Part shown: one piece after another, positions 18,306 to 26,870 of the stretch
Position numbering within the stretch: position 1 is the first letter of the stretch
How the letters are laid out: each line of letters begins with the position of its first letter
IMG/VR virus record: IMGVR_UViG_3300009506_000001
Span: 32,001-96,000 of that record
DNA length: 64,000 nt
DNA from: a virus
Direction: 5' to 3' (one strand)
The notes under the pieces: generated by a model
Told to the model about the DNA's origin: nothing
The model's input: the letters and a program-made list of their open reading frames with translations, nothing else
Database searches by the model: none
Made by a program: the position numbers and the translations under genes

Positions 18306-20045
18306 TTATTGTAGACCGCCTGCTTCTGCGGCTCCTGGACCACCTGCTTCGGCTTGTGCGGCTTCTATGCCAGCTCCACCACCTGCTTCGCCACCTGCAC
18401 CGGCCTCCATTCCCATTTCACCGCCAGGTGCTCCTAAAGGTGCTGGACCACCCATTGCGGACATGCCGCCAACGCCACCAAGTGCACCCATTTCCTCACC
18501 AGTACCATACAACATAGGCAGATCACCAGGCTTTTGGTTATCTGGGTCCATGCCACGCTCTTCACGCAGCATACGCTCGTTCATAATAATCTCTTCGTCT
18601 TCCATCTGTAGGTAACGAGACAGAATGAAACGCTTAGACAGATATGGAATCGAATCTGCAGAACCATACGTACCAAGTAATGCAGCATCCGTCTCCTGCT
18701 GACGATATACACCAAAGTTTGTTGGGTCTGGAAGACGAATTCGATATAAAGCCTCATCAATAATGATGTTGGAACGGCGAAGATATTTCTTGAACTCTGC
18801 ATCAAGAACCTGTTCTATATAGCCCTGTAGTCGCTGAATGTAAAGAGCAAAACGTAACTCCTGGATGTAAGCAACACCAACTTTACCATCATTAAAGACT
18901 GCACCTTCTGCACCTTCTGTCATGTAGGAAGTAGGTATACGAAGACCACGCCATACTTTCTTCTGGAAGTATTCCAAGTCAGCCAATTCACCAAGGCCCT
19001 GACCACCAGGCAATGTATCAACTTTGGAACCACGACCATCAGCACGCTGAGCAAAGAAGAAGTCTTCACTCATTGATTGTGGATTGTAAACAGAATCTAC
19101 GTTCTGCTGGCCACCATTGATGGTTGGAACCTTCTTCTGTTTGATTTCATTCTTGATCTGCTCCAGGTACGTCTTAACACGCTGTGGAGGCATTTTACCA
19201 ACGTCAATATAGAAAACACGACGTTCTGGTGCACGCTGAATACGATAAATGATAACAGCATCTTCGAGCAGTTCCTTTTGCTTGTGAGCACGATAGACTG
19301 GTCCAAGAACAGAGTCACCAAATGGTGCTGCATCGGACATGTCATCATTTAGTGTGAAGCGAACGATTTCATCTGATGGAACAAGCTCTGTGCTAATGTC
19401 TGAGGAGGCACTTGAGACGGGTACACCATAGCTTGCCTTTACTTTCTTTGAATCTGTTTTAACCTGCCAACCGAGAACATTTGTAACATCATTTTCATCA
19501 ACTAAGGCACCAACAATGTTCTTTGGATGAATGTACTGCCACTTGACTGTTGGTTCTTGTTTAATTTTTCGGAAGAAACAATCCCCATACTTTGCGGTCA
19601 TTCGGGAAACTTTAAACAGCCGTGTCTCCCAGTCGTGAATCTGGCTCCAATACTTCAGAGCAGCTTTTAGGGTCAATACTGTGGAGTTTGAAACTCGCTC
19701 TTCCTTTTCGGCGTCAACCTGAACGATTAGGCACTCGTCGGTTTTGGGTTCGTTACCCGTCATTTCTTCGGCAATTGTGTCAAGGGCACGAGCGACCTCA
19801 ACGTCGTTGTCCATAAGATCGTATTCACGGTAACGGGTGAGACGAGAAGCAGAACCCTGAACAAGACGCTGATACCAGCTGAAATTACCATACGCACCTT
19901 GGTCACCAATTGACTGATTGTCGGTAACTTTCGTGACGTTAGGCTTTGGTTCAACCAATTTGTAGAAACCAGTCCACTTTGCGTGGTTACTGGTTCGTCT
20001 TGGCTGTTGTTCCTGAGCTGAAAAGTCTTGTGCTAGTTCTGGCAT
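18306..20045 (-). CDS. gp20: Portal protein
   Basis: LLEDAVIIYRIQRAPERRVFYIDVG, SMSEDFFF, TLPGGQGLGE; Gly-rich tail. Confidence 0.97.
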   Translation of the reverse strand: MPELAQDFSAQEQQPRRTSNHAKWTGFYKLVEPKPNVTKVTDNQSIGDQGAYGNFSWYQRLVQGSASRLTRYREYDLMDNDVEVARALDTIAEEMTGNEPKTDECLIVQVDAEKEERVSNSTVLTLKAALKYWSQIHDWETRLFKVSRMTAKYGDCFFRKIKQEPTVKWQYIHPKNIVGALVDENDVTNVLGWQVKTDSKKVKASYGVPVSSASSDISTELVPSDEIVRFTLNDDMSDAAPFGDSVLGPVYRAHKQKELLEDAVIIYRIQRAPERRVFYIDVGKMPPQRVKTYLEQIKNEIKQKKVPTINGGQQNVDSVYNPQSMSEDFFFAQRADGRGSKVDTLPGGQGLGELADLEYFQKKVWRGLRIPTSYMTEGAEGAVFNDGKVGVAYIQELRFALYIQRLQGYIEQVLDAEFKKYLRRSNIIIDEALYRIRLPDPTNFGVYRQQETDAALLGTYGSADSIPYLSKRFILSRYLQMEDEEIIMNERMLREERGMDPDNQKPGDLPMLYGTGEEMGALGGVGGMSAMGGPAPLGAPGGEMGMEAGAGGEAGGGAGIEAAQAEAGGPGAAEAGGLQ

Positions 20046-20067
20046 TGTGATTCCTATAGGTTTTCGG

Positions 20068-20075
20068 TATTTATA
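20068..20075 (-). promoter_or_regulatory. T4-type late promoter TATAAATA
   Basis: Exact motif upstream of the portal gene. Confidence 0.8.
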
Positions 20076-20092
20076 CTCTGGAATATCGTCGC

Positions 20093-21850
20093 TTACTTGT
20101 TCTTGCCTTTACCCTTACCAATGACCTGTGGTTTAGTGTTTGCAACAACCTTTCCTTGCATCTTCAGCTGCTCTTCTAGTTTGGCTAGTGTCTCTTTCAG
20201 TATCTGGATGCTTTGCTGGTCTGTCATTCGCTGTTGTTCAGTATCAGTTGCTAGCCGTTCATTCAATGTAGCGAGTGTCACATTCACGTCCCCAATTTTT
20301 TGGGCGGTTTCCTGTGTTGCTTTAATTGCATCATCACGCTGTTGGGCTGCCGCTCTTTCTTGTTCTTCCTGTGTTGTAAAATATCCTTTAAGTGCTCCAA
20401 TGACTCCCTTCTCAGCGACGTCAGAGCCAACCTTCAAAGCAGCCACTGCTGCCCCTGCCTTCAATGCAAACGTTCCAACATCTTTGATCATGCCAGGAAC
20501 TTCCGGTACCCAGCTCTTTTCCATAACAGCACTGAGTTTGTCAAGAGCACTTGCAACTCCTGCAAGGTTCTCCGTGTTCTTACCCATTATTTTGATGTTA
20601 TCACGTTGGGCTTGAGTGATCTTGCCTCCTGCTTCCCCTAGCTTTGTTGCAAATACATCTGGAAGCTTATCTAGACCAGTCTTCATTGCTATCATGCTGA
20701 CAGATAGCTCTTTACCAAGTCCCTGTGTGCGAGACTCCTTAGCTAATGTTTGGAATTGGCCGAGAGCTTTTGCCATCGTCTGACGCTCTTGCTCAGTTGC
20801 TCGATCACCTTTGCGGTAAATGTTTGCAACCTCTTGAGCATTCTCAATACCCAGAGCAGCCATACCAGCCTGCATTTTCGCTGCTTCCTTAATACGATCG
20901 AGAGGCCCCTTACCACTTAACTTCTCAAGAGCTTTTGATGCAGCCTCTGCTTGCTCCGTCGACATACCCATTGCCTTCAGGTTCTTGTAGCGATCCTGAA
21001 TTTCTAGTAGTATTTGTAGGCGACGTTTTTTATCAGCGGCACTCATCAAACGGGTACGAACTTCATCCTCTTTTACCATGCCTTTGAGGTAATCTCTGGA
21101 CTCTTCATACGTGATACCCATCTTCAACAAATCATCGTTTGTCCTATCGAGTCGCTTTCCAAATTCTCCATATAGATCACTTGCCTTTCCACCTGAGTAG
21201 GTAAGAAGATTCATCATCTCAGTCTGATGCTTCATGGCTTCTACATGATCACCAATTCGATCAAAGTATTTGCTCTGCTGCGATGCCAACTTATCTTGCC
21301 ATTGACTGAAGCCCCCCATGTTGATAGATGCAATACGGGAAGTTTTATTAAACTCATTTAGTTCCTTGATTGAAACACCAAGCATTTGGAATGTTTTTGC
21401 TGTACGATCAGCGTAGGCCTTAAAGCCCGTTGATGCACCTTTCAAACCATCCTGCAATTCAGAAAAATCACCGTCCAGTGCCTTTGCAATTGCCGATTGT
21501 AGGCTACCAGCATCCGAAAATGCCTCCATGCTGCCATCTAGTGCTTGCACACCACCAGTTATGCCCGATCGGAACTCATCCATAAGCATACCAATGCCTC
21601 GGTTTCCAGTGAGGTTCCGAATCGAATCCATTGTGTCAGAAAGGTAACCAGTGAATTTCTTAGTTGCTGTTGTGGCTTTTTGGAAGGCAGTAGTATTCTG
21701 GGTTACTGCATTTGTGTTGTCACCACGGCCACCACCTCCGCCACCACCAGCAGCTGCTCCGTTGCCACCAGCCGCATTACGGAATGCTTCCTCAATCTGG
21801 CCGATTGCTTGACGGGAATAACTTTGTATAATTACTGTTTGGTCAGTCAT
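20093..21850 (-). CDS. Tape measure / baseplate hub protein (gp29-like)
   Basis: 585 aa, helical Ala/Gly/Lys/Met-rich; late promoter at 21881-21888; divergent from the gp26-like gene. Confidence 0.6.
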   Translation of the reverse strand: MTDQTVIIQSYSRQAIGQIEEAFRNAAGGNGAAAGGGGGGGRGDNTNAVTQNTTAFQKATTATKKFTGYLSDTMDSIRNLTGNRGIGMLMDEFRSGITGGVQALDGSMEAFSDAGSLQSAIAKALDGDFSELQDGLKGASTGFKAYADRTAKTFQMLGVSIKELNEFNKTSRIASINMGGFSQWQDKLASQQSKYFDRIGDHVEAMKHQTEMMNLLTYSGGKASDLYGEFGKRLDRTNDDLLKMGITYEESRDYLKGMVKEDEVRTRLMSAADKKRRLQILLEIQDRYKNLKAMGMSTEQAEAASKALEKLSGKGPLDRIKEAAKMQAGMAALGIENAQEVANIYRKGDRATEQERQTMAKALGQFQTLAKESRTQGLGKELSVSMIAMKTGLDKLPDVFATKLGEAGGKITQAQRDNIKIMGKNTENLAGVASALDKLSAVMEKSWVPEVPGMIKDVGTFALKAGAAVAALKVGSDVAEKGVIGALKGYFTTQEEQERAAAQQRDDAIKATQETAQKIGDVNVTLATLNERLATDTEQQRMTDQQSIQILKETLAKLEEQLKMQGKVVANTKPQVIGKGKGKNK

Positions 21851-21972
21851 TTATTAATTCTCTTTGAATGGAATCCTTTATATTTATGGTTGGTATCTCC
21901 CCGAAGTTTGCGATGTAAATAATTATTGAGGAGGATGTAAATATCCTGCACTTACTTTACGAGGAAAACTAA

Positions 21973-22758
21973 ATGTCTGAACCAAATACCCAAAATCCAC
22001 TATTACAACGTGCTCACATTCCAGGGCAGACGTTTGCATTGCCGTCTGGAGGTATCTTCTACACGCACGGAGAGTTGGATGAAAGTGTTGAGAATGGTGA
22101 GGTTGTGGTTCATCCTATGGTCACTATGGACGAGATCATTATGAAGACCCCCGACAAGATCCTTAACGGTGTAGCTATCTCAGAGGTGTTCAAACGCTGC
22201 ATACCACAAGTCCTGAAGCCAAACCAGCTCCTTGCTCGTGACGTTGATTTTCTAGTCGTATGTCTTCGCAAGGTTACATATGGAAATCAGATTGAGCTAA
22301 GCTACACCCACAACTGCAAAGATGCCCAGGAACACTCTTATCTCGTTCCTCTCGATCCACTCATTTCTCACGCTAAGAAGATTGATGCTGCATCGGCCAA
22401 ACAAGACTACACTCTCACGTTGCCTAATCAGCAGGTGGTGAAATTGCTACCACCGAAGTATGAGCAGATGCTACATTTCTATCAATCCTACAATGCAAAT
22501 GCAACGCAGGAGGAGGCTCATCGTCGGCTAATGGAAACGACGTCATCGTTGATCGAATCCGTAGATGGAATTACAAACCGTGACAATATTGTAGAATGGG
22601 CAATGACAATCCCTGCAGGTTACACAAAGGCCATCGGAGATCGTGTTGCTAGTGTTAGCACGTGGGGCCCGGAATTGAAGTCAAAGATTAAGTGTAGGGA
22701 CTGCGAAGAGGAAGTGGAGGTTGATATCTCACTTAACCCTATGCATTTTTTTTCATAA
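21973..22758 (+). CDS. Baseplate hub assembly chaperone (gp26-like)
   Basis: LPSGG, DVDFLVVCLRKVTYG, terminal CxxC and ...PMHFFS end. Confidence 0.8.
   Translation: MSEPNTQNPLLQRAHIPGQTFALPSGGIFYTHGELDESVENGEVVVHPMVTMDEIIMKTPDKILNGVAISEVFKRCIPQVLKPNQLLARDVDFLVVCLRKVTYGNQIELSYTHNCKDAQEHSYLVPLDPLISHAKKIDAASAKQDYTLTLPNQQVVKLLPPKYEQMLHFYQSYNANATQEEAHRRLMETTSSLIESVDGITNRDNIVEWAMTIPAGYTKAIGDRVASVSTWGPELKSKIKCRDCEEEVEVDISLNPMHFFS
22746..22752 (+). other. Putative -1 ribosomal frameshift slippery heptamer T-TTT-TTT
   Basis: CAT TTT TTT TCA TAA at the end of the gp26-like gene; the -1 frame is open from 22737 to 22976. Confidence 0.6.
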
Positions 22759-22793
22759 CGCTGAAAACAGGAACTCATGAAGACATCATCAAG

Positions 22794-22976
22794 ATGTTTA
22801 ATGAGATGGACAGGTCAGTTAAGAACCTTCTCAAATCTGTCATCCAATTGGTTTACTTTATGAACGGCTCAATACAATACGACGACATGATGTGGAGAAC
22901 GCCCTTTGAAAGGGATCTAATGGAAGAGTTTGTTATAGAGCACTTGAACGCAAAGGCCAAAGCATTGAAACGATAG
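22794..22976 (+). CDS. Baseplate hub assembly catalyst (gp51-like), probably the C-terminal part of a frameshift product
   Basis: LVYFMNGSIQYDDMMWRTPFERD pattern; no clear RBS. Confidence 0.65.
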   Translation: MFNEMDRSVKNLLKSVIQLVYFMNGSIQYDDMMWRTPFERDLMEEFVIEHLNAKAKALKR

Positions 22977-23000
22977 GATCTGGTTTTCAGCGATCCAACA

Positions 23001-23028
23001 AAAACGGCCCGAAGGGCCGTTTTCTTTT
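23001..23028. terminator. Bidirectional intrinsic terminator
   Basis: AAAACGGCCC-GAA-GGGCCGTTTT between convergent genes. Confidence 0.85.
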
Positions 23029-23227
23029 AGTAGTAGTTGGTAGGTTTCCTGCCTTGTGCCTTTTGGTACTGTGCATCGATCCAGGCACCAAGACGAGGGC
23101 CACTATTGGAAACACGAGTGTTCAGTGCCTTTTCAGTCTCCGACTTGCCCCTGAAAAAGACTTTATCGATTGTTTGGCCAACAATGCAGATCACAATCAG
23201 CCAAAGCATGTAGCCCATAAAAGTCAT
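23027..23227 (-). CDS. Small membrane protein
   Basis: N-terminal hydrophobic helix; AGGAG RBS; own promoter. Confidence 0.65.
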   Translation of the reverse strand: MTFMGYMLWLIVICIVGQTIDKVFFRGKSETEKALNTRVSNSGPRLGAWIDAQYQKAQGRKPTNYY

Positions 23228-23251
23228 ATCAATCTCCTATTCAATGACGAT

Positions 23252-23279
23252 ATTATACCCTAATTGGTAGAAAGGTCAA
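23252..23279 (-). promoter_or_regulatory. Sigma70-like promoter
   Basis: TTGACC-16 nt-TATAAT. Confidence 0.65.
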
Positions 23280-23282
23280 CAA

Positions 23283-24887
23283 TTAGATGGGTTTGTATGC
23301 GTCTTTCCACCACTGAGGAATGCGGTTTCGTGTCTGATTGTACAGATATCCCCACGATTCATCAAGTATATACACAACTCCCCAGTCATCCTTTGATCTG
23401 ACCACACGGCCTCCTCCCTGTATGATATCAATCAAGGCACGTCGTTGGTACCATTCCTTCGACATCTGCATGCGTCGTTTGATCCACTGGTCACCCATGT
23501 AGCCAAATGGCACCTTTGCAAAGATGGCAAATCTAGCCAAGTCACCATGAAGGTCAAGTCCCTCAGTTATGCTCGGTGAAATCAGAATCGATGGTTTCTT
23601 CAAACCAGTGAACTGACGGATAACAGCATTGCGGTCATCTCCGCTGTCAGGGTTGTGGTGGATAATCTGATGTTCAATTGTACCATCGAGTTGTTCCACT
23701 AGCCATTTGCTAATTGCAAAGTTGGCAGTATGGATGATTCCAGACTCTCCTTCGTGAAAGGCTGCGATGTCTCGAATCTTAGTCAGCATGTTTTGACGTT
23801 CGATCTCCTTTTCATCATCCTGATTTCGCCACGATGCATTCATCTTCATAACAGGAGAGTAGAGCACATGGCGATTCTCAACAGGGAACTCGGAATCAAG
23901 TGAAAGGAATGCAGTCTCTTCTGGAGGCAGTCCCAAGTCAGCACAGAAGCCTTCCTTGTTCAGTATCGTGGACGACATGAAAAGGAACTGATCGGCTTGT
24001 GGCTTCAGTATCTCATGGAAGTTGCGAGCACCTGTCACCTGCTTAAATTTCAACATCATTTTGTCAAACGTAAGCACGTATTCCCGTTCCAGCTGGGAAT
24101 TCATTATGAGGCCGAATTCCATCAGCTCGTCAATGTGGTCTTCTAGTGACGAGTACTCACGTATCTTTTTAATTTCAGATCTACTCAGTTCGTTGCCGCC
24201 TTTATCAAGCAACGGTTCAACTTCGTGAAACATGCTGGTCAGGGCTTCTTCCGCTTTGGGTAAGTACGTCTGCTTTACCCAATCACGTGCAGAGAGGAGG
24301 TTGTGTTGGGAAAGGTCGGGGAACTCTACACCAAATTTATCGCAGCGTTTCTTTGATACTGAAACAGCGTTGAATTCCACAAGGTGCTCTTCAACGGTAT
24401 GACATTCATCAAGGATCATAACCCTGCGTTTATCTTTTTCAGTAAACACTGGTGTAAATGCAAACAGGAGAAGGGCCAGCTTGTAATTGAAAACAGTATT
24501 AGGTGAGGATTTAGCTCTACCCACTGCCATGCTAAAAGGGCAGCTGTCACACCTAGGCTTGACTAGGCTTCCAATGTCGCATGTGGTGTTCTTAGAACGG
24601 CACTCGTAGTTTCCTTTTCCGTACAGAGATGCAATTAGCGATGCATCAAAGGACCGCTCATATTGCTCTTGTAAAATACGTTGAGGTGTCAGTATAAAAG
24701 AGCTTCCTCGTTCATCTTTAAGCCAACGGGAGAAACAAATGCCGATAGCGGATTTGCCCACACCTACCGGTGCTTCGAGTAAGAGGTATTTGGCCTTTTG
24801 TGTGGCCAGCCACTCCAATGCCTCTACCTGCTTGGGTCTTGGCTCGGAGTCTAGGGGGAAGTAATCTAAGATATTTTTCTCGTTCAT
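23283..24887 (-). CDS. DinG/Rad3-family SF2 helicase
   Basis: EAPVGVGKS, GKGNYEC..C..C..C Fe-S cysteines, DECH, EGLDL, QGGGRVVRS; start at MNEKN inferred from a TTGTCA-17-TATGGT promoter just upstream. Confidence 0.9.
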   Translation of the reverse strand: MNEKNILDYFPLDSEPRPKQVEALEWLATQKAKYLLLEAPVGVGKSAIGICFSRWLKDERGSSFILTPQRILQEQYERSFDASLIASLYGKGNYECRSKNTTCDIGSLVKPRCDSCPFSMAVGRAKSSPNTVFNYKLALLLFAFTPVFTEKDKRRVMILDECHTVEEHLVEFNAVSVSKKRCDKFGVEFPDLSQHNLLSARDWVKQTYLPKAEEALTSMFHEVEPLLDKGGNELSRSEIKKIREYSSLEDHIDELMEFGLIMNSQLEREYVLTFDKMMLKFKQVTGARNFHEILKPQADQFLFMSSTILNKEGFCADLGLPPEETAFLSLDSEFPVENRHVLYSPVMKMNASWRNQDDEKEIERQNMLTKIRDIAAFHEGESGIIHTANFAISKWLVEQLDGTIEHQIIHHNPDSGDDRNAVIRQFTGLKKPSILISPSITEGLDLHGDLARFAIFAKVPFGYMGDQWIKRRMQMSKEWYQRRALIDIIQGGGRVVRSKDDWGVVYILDESWGYLYNQTRNRIPQWWKDAYKPI

Positions 24888-24921
24888 GCAAACACCATAC
24901 ACCAACTCAGACCCAATGACA

Positions 24922-24963
24922 AGAGATAAAATACTTCGGCCTTCGGCCTCGTATTTTATCTCT
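24922..24963. repeat. 13-bp inverted repeat / hairpin
   Basis: AGAGATAAAATAC-N16-GTATTTTATCTCT. Confidence 0.7.
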
Positions 24964-25190
24964 CGCATTAGATTTCTAAACTAATCGGCGTTCTTAATAT
25001 AATGTACAATTCCCCCGTTTTGGGGTTCAAGATAAATTCCCCAGCAGTACTCAAAATCGGGTTCGCACCGCAGACGTCTACGCCCATAACGAAGTCTTTA
25101 AGCACGAGTCTGCCTGACGGCATTTAGACCAATGTCGTGCGTTTAACGAAATCTCCGTTCGCTGTAGGATTTGTGTGTAAACACTGCTAA

Positions 25191-25535
25191 TTAAATAGCC
25201 AGTGCTGAACCCTGTTCGATTAAGTCGGTAGCTCTTCTGCTTTCCGTAGCAGGTTTGTTATTTTCTATGATTTGGAAGCTTGTCTGGGTTTTTGTCTGGA
25301 AGTAGTCTAGTAGTTCTTCGTCTGTGTAAACATTGTTGGGATATACATCTTTCTTGTCAATTTTCAATCGGGACCAAAAAATTCGGAAACCTTCAGATTT
25401 TTCGTAGATTGAAATTTTTTCGGGGAGGGAGAGTTCTGATTGATGGGAGGAAAAATAATTGAGAATAGAAGACCACTGGATTAAATCACTAAAGTCAGCT
25501 TCTAAGGCTGTCCGAATATTATTCGGGATGGTCAT
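25191..25535 (-). CDS. Hypothetical late protein
   Basis: AAGGAG RBS; TATAAATA at 25570-25577; AT-rich composition. Confidence 0.55.
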   Translation of the reverse strand: MTIPNNIRTALEADFSDLIQWSSILNYFSSHQSELSLPEKISIYEKSEGFRIFWSRLKIDKKDVYPNNVYTDEELLDYFQTKTQTSFQIIENNKPATESRRATDLIEQGSALAI

Positions 25536-25615
25536 TTCATCTCCTTTACGTTTCTGCCTAAATCGGAACTATTTATAACTCCCTACTATAACCCATCGAA
25601 AAAATTTTGGCAACG

Positions 25616-25813
25616 CTACGAGCGTAAACTTGAAGTCGGTCTGTGCACACCTCGGCCCCAAATTCTGAAGCCACCAGCAGTGGAGACAATAATACGCTCC
25701 AGCACGTCCTTCTTCTCACAATATGGACAATCTGTGAGCTTGTCATCTTTCATGCTCTGCTGTGTTTCGAATACTTCGTTACAATCGTGACACTTGTATG
25801 TGTACGTAGCCAT
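25616..25813 (-). CDS. FmdB-family zinc-ribbon protein
   Basis: MATYTYKCHDC...FE...CPYC...R pattern. Confidence 0.85.
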   Translation of the reverse strand: MATYTYKCHDCNEVFETQQSMKDDKLTDCPYCEKKDVLERIIVSTAGGFRIWGRGVHRPTSSLRS

Positions 25814-26101
25814 TTAGTCATCTCCTAGTAGTTTCATTGCATCGTCATAATTGGTTATCTGATCACGTACTCGTTCCCGTACTTTAGCAACAATATCAGG
25901 AACGGCCGCAGGTTGTCCGTCACGGATAGGTAGGTACAGAACCTCAAATCCACGCTTGTTAAACAAAGGACCTACGCTTTCCTTTACTTTCTCCAGGTAG
26001 TCCCTGACACGCTGTGGAGGCATTTTACCAACGTCCACGTACATTACTATCAGGTCCATCTCTGGATCGTATTCGCTCAAGTTTAACATTTCAACCTGCA
26101 T
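25814..26101 (-). CDS. Small protein carrying a copy of the portal clip motif
   Basis: YVDVGKMPPQRVRDYLEKVK versus portal YIDVGKMPPQRVKTYLEQIK. Confidence 0.75.
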   Translation of the reverse strand: MQVEMLNLSEYDPEMDLIVMYVDVGKMPPQRVRDYLEKVKESVGPLFNKRGFEVLYLPIRDGQPAAVPDIVAKVRERVRDQITNYDDAMKLLGDD

Positions 26102-26585
26102 TGTGTTTGTCCTCTGCGACCTTTGCTATCCAATATGCATCTGTAAGGTCGTATAATCCTGTTGTTTTCTTCACCCCTAATTTTAAAAACTGTTTTTGGG
26201 CGTTTTCGGGTAATGCCTCATATAGCGCTTCCTTCTTGGCTTTACCATCATCTGTCGCAAATTTCTTTACGGTCTTTGGGGAGACGATTTCAATTGGAAA
26301 TTGTCCCCTGCAATGAAATCTAAGTTTGTTGATGATAACAAACTGTAGTCCAGCTAAGTCACGTGTTGCGTCGCCTCGCATTCCAAATGCCAACCCTTCA
26401 ATGGCAATAACGTCCGGTTTGTGCACATCCGCAAGCATCTGAATATGTGTACCGATCCAATTTGCTCGTTCGTGCACATCCATTGCTTTCGGAGACTTGA
26501 GGGCTTCGGTATGAACCAACTCATCATCTCTCAAAAGAACAAGCCCAGTGCAACTGTAACTTTGGTCTATTCCTAATACTTTCAT
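26091..26585 (-). CDS. ruvC: Holliday junction resolvase, RuvC-like
   Basis: VLGIDQS..TG, IAIEG, PKTVKK..T..GKAKK, DLTDAY. Confidence 0.9.
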   Translation of the reverse strand: MKVLGIDQSYSCTGLVLLRDDELVHTEALKSPKAMDVHERANWIGTHIQMLADVHKPDVIAIEGLAFGMRGDATRDLAGLQFVIINKLRFHCRGQFPIEIVSPKTVKKFATDDGKAKKEALYEALPENAQKQFLKLGVKKTTGLYDLTDAYWIAKVAEDKHNAG

Positions 26586-26633
26586 GACCGTATATAGGAT
26601 GACCCTTGTAGCTAGATACCTTTCATTGCCTCC

Positions 26634-26870
26634 TTATATGCCTTTCATCGCACGGTCGTAAGCGTCGTCAGAAGACTCTTCGTCATCCTCAATCACGGGT
26701 AGTTCTTCAACAAAGAAGTCATTTTCTTCGATTAGAATCTCTTCTAGGATCTCGAACAGGTCATCTAGTGACTCAACGATCTCTTCGACTGTTTTGAAAT
26801 CATCCTGCTGCTGTTGTGGCTGTGCCATAACAAGGTTCCAGCCCCGCATTCTCCAATAATCGTATTCCAT
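26634..26870 (-). CDS. Small acidic protein
   Basis: Coupled to the gp46 stop; ends DAYDRAMKGI. Confidence 0.6.
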   Translation of the reverse strand: MEYDYWRMRGWNLVMAQPQQQQDDFKTVEEIVESLDDLFEILEEILIEENDFFVEELPVIEDDEESSDDAYDRAMKGI

